Source of the DNA: Macrostomum lignano
Lineage: Eukaryota
DNA: 64,000 nt
NCBI GenBank assembly: GCA_002269645.1
Contig: NIVC01000027.1
Location: 558,001-622,000, forward strand
Direction: 5' to 3'
Below are positions 55,522 to 64,000 of the stretch, in pieces; position 1 is the first letter of the stretch; every line of letters starts with the position of its first letter. The notes under the pieces are model-generated. The model worked only from the letters and a program-made list of their open reading frames with translations. It searched no databases and was not told where the DNA came from. A program made the translations under genes and the position numbers.

Positions 55522-55531
55522 GAAAAAGAAG
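55522..55531 (-). promoter_or_regulatory. TCT/5'TOP-like pyrimidine tract (CTTCTTTTTC) upstream of the RPS27 ATG
   Basis: Pyrimidine run about 30-40 nt upstream of the ATG, as is typical of ribosomal protein gene starts. Confidence 0.45.
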
Positions 55532-56175
55532 TTCACGCAACAATCAATGTTTCAGTCCTGAGCTGCAGTTGGGACAACTACTGTCTGCCAATGTGCTCAG
55601 AAGACTGCACTGTCATTAAATAGAGAAGGAAGAAAGTTCTATTTTGAGCACATACGCGTACGAGAGTATTCATGCACATTTCCTTGCGCTGTCTAATGCA
55701 ACTAGAATGCAGAACTAGACGAAAATTGTGTATATAATCGAGGTACACTACTGATGTTATATTAATTAGAAAGTAAGAAACATTCCAAATTTTATTTTAC
55801 AACAACTAGAATGATGACCTCCGACGAACTACGAGCGTATTGATAATAAACCTTAAAATCTTTGAGACGCACAGACTCTCGCCTAGCTCAGCATCCAAGG
55901 TGCTAAACGACTTGTAAATTTCCTCCCTTCGTTGCAGTGCCGATCGGCGATGTAATATTTGTTGCCGTCGATTTTGACAAACACAATCAATAGCCGTAAC
56001 AAATATCTAAAAATAAATGTGCTACGAAAAAGGAAACATACAACGTGAGTTTTTGTGATTTGAGTTGTTGCCGTTACTGTTTTCTCTTTTTTTCTGCTAC
56101 CTGCCGAATGGTGAGTAGTGAGTGGCCGGTAGAGTGCGTTTTAGATGACCGTGTGAGCTCTTGGCACTGACTTTG

Positions 56176-56480
56176 GCACTCTGTCTCTGACACTACGTAT
56201 GACACCCTGTCTCTGACACTACGTATGACACTCTGTCTCTGACACTACGTATGACACCCTGTCTCTGACACTACGTATGACACTCTGTCTCTGACACTAC
56301 GTATGACACCCTGTCTCTGACACTACGTATGACACCCTGTCTCTGACACTACGCATGCCACCCTGTATCTGACACTACGTATGACACCCTGTCTCTGACA
56401 CTACGCATGCCACCCTGTATCTGACACTACGTATGACACTCTGTATCTGACACTACGCATGACACTCTGTCTCTGACACC
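56176..56480. repeat. 26-bp minisatellite (CTGTCTCTGACACTACGTATGACACC)
   Basis: Visible tandem units. Confidence 0.93.
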
Positions 56481-57273
56481 CAGCTGTCCTCAGCCACTTC
56501 AACGCTGAGTATTTGCTCAGTTGACTACTCAGTATAAATCCAGATTGTATAAACCTGTATCCCATGGTGATAGGCGACGCGCATCAAAGAGGAGAACGAG
56601 CATGAGACAAGGCTTGTGCTGTGTTTGCTGCAGCCCCATGAGTATAGTGCCTGGAAGTTTTCCAAGGCCTGACGATCTGGCAAGTTGGAGCGGGATTGCA
56701 CTGGAGTTCTCTCGTTAGAGCCCAGAATGCGGGGCTGGTTGACGAGTTGGAACCATCGCCTGCATGTGCGTGACTGTAGTAGTGATGTCCTTTGCGGACG
56801 ACTGATCGTTGACCTGGATAAAAGGGCTCCGTGTTTGATACTCGTTATGACTGCTTCCGAGGGTTACCTCGAAGGTGATGTGCCGGGGCTCGAACTATGT
56901 GTTTAAATCACCTGAAACCATGCTTCGGCGTTCTCATGGAAGAATGGCGGTAACACCTTGAGGGCTCAGATGAGAGAGCGAAGCAAGGAGATCAGAAGAG
57001 AGAGAGCAGGCAGGTAAGCCCTGGGCTAAGTGAGCTAAGTGAGTTAAGAACTCTCTTAATACCGGTAGAATAAGATTTCTGTAGTAGTTTAAACGAGCGT
57101 TCTAGATAGTATGCGCACTTTCAACTATGCTTATCTTCTGGCTCTTCATCATATTTTTACCCTTCATCATCTTTTATTAGTTGTAGTCTTTTTAAACTTT
57201 TTAAATTTTTCATAAAAGGTTGCTAGCAAAAAAATATCCGTAGCTGAGCACTAAAATCTAGTTTTCGAATTCA

Positions 57274-57995
57274 ATGACGTCTGCTCAGACGCCGGCAGGG
57301 GAGTACCGTTGCGACTTCTACGAGGTCGGCTGTCCATTTGTGACCGGAAGCAGGCAGTCAGAGACGCAGCACTACGGGTCCTCAGATGTCAGACATGAAC
57401 ACCTGCGTTTGATAAACGATAGACTGCGCAGCCTTCAAGACCGAGTCGCTCACTTGGAGCAGAAGTGCGAGCAAAACCAACAGGAAATTGATCAAAACCA
57501 TCGGCAAATCCGTCAATACCGACAAGAAATTCATCATAATCAGCTGGAAATCGAAGGACTCAAGCAGAGGCTGCATCATCTCGAGGAGACTTACAAATGA
57601 GCGGGTGATGTCCGTGTGGGAGCTGAGCATCCCGGACCTGGTGGCTGCGGACCCCGGCTGGCACAGCTGAGTCTCCGATTGACGCCGAGTTTCGCTTCCG
57701 GCTGCGGCTGCGACCGACGCCGCATGACCGAACTCTGCGGTGGCCGTTCCGGTCGGCTGTCAGAGTCGATGTTTTTTCTCCTGACAGCCGCTGGCAGCTT
57801 CCGGAACGGATCTCAGCGACTCTTATTCCGGACCAACTTCCGGCCGATCAGCTGCGGATGCTGGATAGACCCGAGCCTGTTGGAGATGAGGAACGGGAGT
57901 CGCTTGAGTTTGTGGCACCGGCTGGGATCGGCCTGGACCAGCTGCGCGACCTGCCTGATGGGAGCTCGTTCACCGCTCGGGTAGTCCTGCTATAA
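57274..57995 (+). pseudogene. Compact TRAF-like gene (Zn-finger remnant, coiled coil, shortened MATH domain) with two frameshifts
   Basis: CDFYEVGCPF..EHLRL, then a heptad coiled coil. Frame 2 gives SVWELSIPDL. Frame 3 gives HDRTLRWPF, LDRP and DGSSFTARVVL, resembling TRAF-C YDxLLxWPF, FxRP and DDxxFIxxxV. Confidence 0.6.
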
Positions 57996-59489
57996 GACGC
58001 ACATGCACAGTGAATGTATAATACGAGCGTATATCCAAACTGCTGATTTCAATTCTAGCTTTTTTACCAACGACTTGGCTGATGGTTTTTAAAGTGATTT
58101 TTTTGCTGAAAAATTACGCCTGCCGTATTTTTATTCAGCTTAAGATCAGTAGTAGTGATTTTAATTATAGCTTATTCTGTGAATGCGGATTCACAAGCGT
58201 ACGAAATGTGTCTGCTGTAAAATAAACAACTAAGATTATTTTGAACACATAGAAATAGTAGTATACAGTATTGGATTGGTAGATGTCAACGTGCATGCTA
58301 ACACTGCTTGCCTCGTTTTATGCATCTAATTTTTGTTTTTCCTCGATTCTCATTGAACTCAATTAACTGAGAAAATAATGAATCGTCGAATGGGCCAGTC
58401 AAAGCTGCATTGAGGAGCAAATGAAAACAAATACCAAAAGTTACCACAATGGCAGATTGTGCCTATGGTTTTGGAGGTCGAATAATGAGCTGACAGTGTG
58501 AGACATTGAAAAATAACCTTGCTGTAATTTAATCTATATTAAGCAATGACGTCTATTCTATATCTATATCATGTCTGTTACACACATCGTTACACAGTCC
58601 GCTAAGAATGACAAAATAGATTCATATAACCAATGAGACATTTTAAAAAAAATTTAGATACAGGACATATGCAATTGTACGTAGAATAAAAAATTAACAT
58701 AGAGTCCCAATTTTATAAACGAAACGCACTCATGTAAAAAGCGTTGCTACACTCCCAGCCGTGCTTTAGTGGCTTAGAGATAAATTGATCCCCTATAGTT
58801 TTCCTCTTTTTATCCAACTAGCTAATCAACCATTTTTATGACGCATATAAACCCCAAATTCTCATATCACGTGAGAAGTGTCGTCAGCTGATCAACGCGG
58901 GCTCGTGACATTGATTGACGCAGCTCAGCGTCCATCATCCTTTGAGCACTCTGTTTATCAAACAATTCACGGCGCCTCAAAACTCGGAAGCCAACGCAAA
59001 ACGCAGTTTCCGGAATTGAATTAGCCGCGGGCAGTGAGGAAAATTCTCCCCTCGATCCGATATGCAATTAGCCCGCGGAGCTCTTGGTGGTCTCCTTGAG
59101 TTTGGTCACTTCAAGGGACAATCAATGACAGAAAGCTCCCGTAGCAGGGCCTCTTCCCTGCACGTTTTTCCTCTGTTTTTCTCTCGCCGTCCAACGTCCC
59201 GGATATTCTTTCCGTTGCAAATAAAATTTACTCGCAAAAAACGTTCGAGTCAAAGACGCGCGCGGAAACGCGAGCAGGAGTAGTGCCGCTTGATTTTATT
59301 AGACCAGTTTTGTCTAGAAGAATTAATGCTACACTGGCTTCCTCTTTTTGCTTTAGTTTTCTTGCTCCTTCGCTTTCCTTGACCTGCCGATTCTGGGGTT
59401 CTCTATGTAATCTGCAGTTTGCTGTGTCGCTTGCGAGCTGCTCTATATAAGCTCTTAAGCCACTTTATCCATTGTTCACTCTGTCCTTT

Positions 59490-59990
59490 TTCGTCATTCT
59501 GTCATCTTTATCTTGTCACTCTTGTCCTGTCTTTCTGAGCACTCCTGTCCTCTCTATCTGATCACGCATGCCATCTTTATCTTGTCACTCTTGTCCTCTC
59601 TATCTAATCACTCCTGTCCTCTCTATCTAATCGCTCCTGTCCTCTCTATCTAATCACTCCTGTCCTCTCTATCTAATCACTCCTGTCCTCACTATCTAAT
59701 CACTCCTGTCCTCTCTATCTGGTCACTTTGCCCTGTCCTATCTGGTCACTCTCTTTTCTTCTGTCTGGTCACTTTGTCTTCTTTTATCTGGAAACTCGCG
59801 TCCTCTCTATCCGGTCACTCCTGTCATCTCTTTCTGGTCACTCTGTATTTTTCAATCGGGTCACTCTGTTCCTCTTTTTGGTCACTCGCGTCCTCTCTTT
59901 CTGATCACTCATGTCTTTATCTGATCACTCTGTCCTCTCTATCTAGTCACTTTGCCCTGTTCTATCTGGTCACTCTGTCCTCTCTCTCTA
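59490..59990. repeat. CT-rich degenerate minisatellite (about 23 bp, TCACTCCTGTCCTCTCTATCTAA)
   Basis: Visible. Confidence 0.85.
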
Positions 59991-60444
59991 GTCAGAAAGT
60001 GATGTGGCACAAGTTACTTTAAATGTACATGTACATGTATGTATTTACTAACTTACCTATCAGTTCAATATTTCAGCATATTCAATTTATCGATCGCGTA
60101 TCTTACACAAAAATATTTTTTTAACAGTACTTTTCTAAAAATCATTCTTGGAACAATAATATCGATTTACACAGGATCAGGTGCCCCGCATTTTCTATGC
60201 GCTTAGCATAAATTATTTAGCAACATCTTGTCAGTAACATGGGCATGCCTTCAGTAATTCCAATTTTCAGTGGCTCCAATGAGTCAGAATAGGGGTGCAA
60301 TTTTCTAATAACATTCCCTGCTTTCATGGCTGTCAATCAAGAAGTGGAATTTGTCAAAAAGTTACTCAATGACACCTGTTAAATCAGCTGAAAATAAGTT
60401 TTCTTGCTGGTGAATTTATTTGATTTTGCATTTTTTCTAGAAGC

Positions 60445-61130
60445 GTTCTCCTCCCCTTCGAGACCCTTCCCTCTCCTCCCTTCCTCTCCTCCCTTCCCTC
60501 TCCTCCCTTCCATCTCCTCCCTTCCGTCTCCTCCCTTCCATCTTCTCCCTTCCCTCTCCTACCTTCCCTCTCCTCCCTTCCATCTCCTCCTTCCGTCTCC
60601 TCTTTTCCATCTCCTCCCTTCCATCTTCTCCCTTCCTCTCCTCCCTTCCGTCTCCTCCCTTCCGTCTCCTCCCTTCCCAGACCCTTCCATCTCCTCTGTT
60701 CCATCTCCTTCCTTCCCTCAGGGATTCCCTCTTCCTTCCCTCCTTCCTTCCCTTCCGTCTCCTCCCTTCCGTCTCCTCCCTTCCCTCTCCTCCCTTCCCA
60801 GACCCTTCCCTCTACTCCCTTCCCTCTCCTCCGTTCCATCTCCTCCCTTCCCAGACCCTTCCTATTCCTCCGTTCCATCTCCTTCCTTCCCTCTCCTCCC
60901 TTCCCAGACCCTTGCTTCTCCTCCCTTCTCAGACCCTTCCATCTCCTCCCTTCCGGGACCCTTCCTTATCCTCCCTTCGCAGACCCTTCCCTCTCCTCCT
61001 TTCCATCTCCTCCCTTTCATCTCCTCCCTTCCCAGACCCTTCTCTCTCCTCCCTTCCCAGACCCTTCCTTCTCCTCCCTTCCCAGACCCTTCCTTCTCCT
61101 TCCTTCCCAGACCCTTGCCTCTCTCTTCTG
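60445..61130. repeat. CT-rich minisatellite (CTCCTCCCTTCC core)
   Basis: Visible. Confidence 0.9.
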
Positions 61131-61989
61131 AAACCTTTTTCAATCCCTGCACAGACCCGGCCTCACTTCAGCATCAGAGTACTTTGAATTCCATAACTTG
61201 CATAGTTTTCCAATCTCTGACTCCAAACCCAGTTGACTTCAATCTCCTCAACAATAACCTCTGGAAAATAATAAAGCTAGTAAAAAAAAGTTTGTCTGAC
61301 TCGTCTCGAACGGCTGGTCAGATAAGATCAACAAAAGCCCATGGAGTTCAGCAAAGCGAAAGGAAAAAATGCGATACAAAGGCGAATCGCCCACTATCAA
61401 TTAAGATTCTTTCTTCATTTCCCTCAAGAATTGGGGGAGTCGGATCGAGGGGGTAGACCGATCTCAATTCTGATTGGGTCTGAGCAGTCGTCCACCACCG
61501 CATTTTAAATCCCAAAAGCTAGCCTTCTATGGGAAATTTATCCCGCAGTGTGTCTCGTGCTCCCAGATCTGTCTCTGGAACCGGTCTAATCCTAGATAGA
61601 TTACCCCTTAGACCGGCACTTCCTGAAGTCTGAGCGCCTCCCAGCCTCTTTTTGTTGCCTCATCATCATGCCTCTGTTGGGGAAGATTATTTAATCTACT
61701 TCTCCTACTCTCTTTTCTTGGAAATCCCTTTTCGTCGCCGTCATTAATCTACAGGTCAATAATTATTAAAGAAGAAATATTGAGCCCATTTAGAAATTAA
61801 AAAACAGAAAGACTGACTGTTAGCTGCTGGGACTTTTGCGGTTAAGAGGTGAGTAAATTCTTTTCTCTTGGGTGACTGCCATTGCTGAGCGGCCTTGAAT
61901 TCAAGGCACTGTTATCTCTGGGGTGCCGGTCACCCTGTCAGTGACCCTGCTATATCCGTGACCCAAGCATCCTGTTCACCCCTTCAATT

Positions 61990-62265
61990 CGCCACACTGT
62001 CACCCTTCCCCCTGTCATCCATTCCCTCTGTCACTCTGTCACTCTGTCACTCTGTCACTTTGTCACTCTATCACTCTGTCACTCTATCACTCTGTCACTC
62101 TGTCAATCTGTCACTCTGTCACTCTGTCACTCTGTCACTCTGTCACTCTGTCACCCTGTCAATCTGTCACTCTGTCACTCTATCGCTCTGTCACTCTGTC
62201 ACTTTTTCACTCCGTCACTTTGTCACTCTGTCACTATGTCACCCTGTCACTCTGTCACCGATGTC
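61990..62265. repeat. (CTGTCACT)n 8-bp repeat
   Basis: Visible. Confidence 0.92.
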
Positions 62266-62924
62266 ACGCTGACACCACGTCACCCCGTCAACGTTACCCA
62301 GCCCTCCACACTGATTCTACTCTCGACACAAAACGCATAACAACAGAAATAAGGCAGCTCGCATACAGCGTTCCTCAAAAACCCATGAATCGCCCTTATA
62401 GCAGCTCTGCGAAGCAACACCGAATGAGTTGAATTTTATTGATAAGGGAAATAAAAAAACGTGTCCAAAAATCCGTGCTCCAGATAGCAGCAGCAGAACT
62501 CGATAGACAAACACAGCTGATAAAAATTAAGCCTTAGATTTTACGAGTGATGGACTCAATGTCGTAATTTTTTGACAACTCGCTTCCATCGAGAAAAGTT
62601 CAATTCTCTTTTGACAACAAATTATTGTACTTTAGGCAAGAATGCGCACTGGCCTCAGCTCACTGTAGCCTTTCATCCAAAAATATGAATGGCGCAAATA
62701 CTTTGTGTGCCTGGGAGGGTCACTTCACGCCTGCATGAACCGGTTGAGCACAGGTTGCTCAAGCTGGGGATCCAGTCACCCCTCTGCAAAAGTCGTAGCT
62801 ATTGAAGAATTGGGTAGGGTAAGAGAGTGATGGAAACTGATCAAAGGAGTCTCATCTCATTTTCATATCTTATTGGTCTGCTGAGCGAAAGTACGACTGC
62901 ATAATATGGTTGGGCAGTAATATG

Positions 62925-63452
62925 GTCAGTCAGTCAGTCAGTCAGTCAGTCAGTCAGTCAGTCAGTCAGTCAGTCAGTCAGTCAGTCAGTCAGTCAGTCA
63001 GTCAGTCAGTCAGTCAGTCAGTCAGTCAGTCAGTCAGTCAGTCAGTCAGTCAGTCACCCACTCACTCAAGTCAGTCAGTCAGTCAGTCAGTCAGTCAGTC
63101 AGTCAGTCAGTCAGTCAGTCAGTCAGTCAGTCAGTCAGTCAGTCAGTCAGTCAGTCAGTCAGTCAGTCAGTCAGTCAGTCACCCACTCACTCAAGTCAGT
63201 CAGTCAGTCAGTCAGTCAGTCAGTCAGTCAGTCAGTCAGTCAGTCAGTCAGTCACCCACTCACTCAAGTCAGTCAGTCAGTCAGTCAGTCAGTCAGTCAG
63301 TCAGTCAGTCAGTCAGTCAGTCAGTCAGTCAGTCAGTCAGTCAGTCAGTCAGTCACCCACTCACTCAAGTCAGTCAGTCAGTCAGTCAGTCAGTCAGTCA
63401 GTCAGTCAGTCAGTCAGTCAGTCAGTCAGTCAGTCAGTCAGTCAGCCAGTCA
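62925..63452. repeat. (CAGT)n microsatellite punctuated by ACCCACTCACTCA; reverse complement of the 52342-53900 array type
   Basis: Visible. Confidence 0.97.
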
Positions 63453-64000
63453 GTTGAAAGTACACAGCCAATAATTCATGAACTCGCCTGTCCAAAAAAG
63501 GTTAGCTCAATCCCTCTATCGGATCATCAATAACTTTTCTGAGCACAGCAAACATTGGCTAGAAAAGCTTATCCAGAAAGTTCTGGTTTCCTGTATCTAG
63601 CAGACATTTCCAACTGAGGAAGTCGGTCCCAGTCGGTTCCAAAATCTGGTCCTCCGAGAGTGTTTGCTTATTTAAGCCCGCTAAGCTCAAGCCTAACGCT
63701 TGATACTCACTGGAGAGATATAACTCTGTTGAAAGATACATTGTGCATGCTATGCTTCCACATCGAAAAGTACTTGTACATGTATATACCTATACACCTG
63801 TATCTCAATCCACATTCGTGGATAGAGTGCAGAGTGTAGGCTGCTAGCCTTCAAGTGTAAAGTATAATTATTTCAGAAATTCTCTTCTCCAAAGAAAACT
63901 GTTGCTGTATCGATATTGGTCTTCTCTTAACGGATCGCCCGACTCACTTGCATGACCGCATTGCAACCCCACACTGCTGGGTCTCAAGGTCTTGCTTGAT

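Noticed and set aside
56600-56910. Coding-like stretch on either strand (FEPRHITFEVTLG... on minus)
   Set aside because: No start or splice context and no recognisable family.
58867-59283. Short ORFs near a GC-rich patch
   Set aside because: No motif, no consistent splice sites.
63559-63741. Possible minus-strand exon (acceptor ttatctctccag)
   Set aside because: No matching donor or recognisable peptide within the window.

Overview
Eukaryotic (metazoan) genomic DNA with spliceosomal GT-AG introns and a very high density of short tandem repeats. The architecture resembles the flatworm Macrostomum lignano, but the species is an inference. Most ORFs in the supplied track are artefacts of stop-free minisatellite frames. 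Genes reconstructed by hand: a 2-exon TENT5/FAM46 nucleotidyltransferase (+, 4032-8372); a 14-exon MED23 (-, 48948-23930, about 1430 aa, exon phases consistent throughout, exon 3 acceptor uncertain); a divergent 2-exon RPS27 (-, 55490-54583); and a frameshifted compact TRAF-like gene (+, 57274-57995). Mobile DNA: a near-intact Loa-like non-LTR retrotransposon (APE-RT-RNase H) inserted in a 29-bp minisatellite, a CACTG-ended EnSpm-like element, and several MITEs with visible TSDs. The most notable feature is four minimal type-I hammerhead ribozyme motifs in MED23 intron 5, all antisense to the host gene. Two delimit a 563-nt retrozyme-like monomer, and one follows a decayed Penelope-like ORF end.
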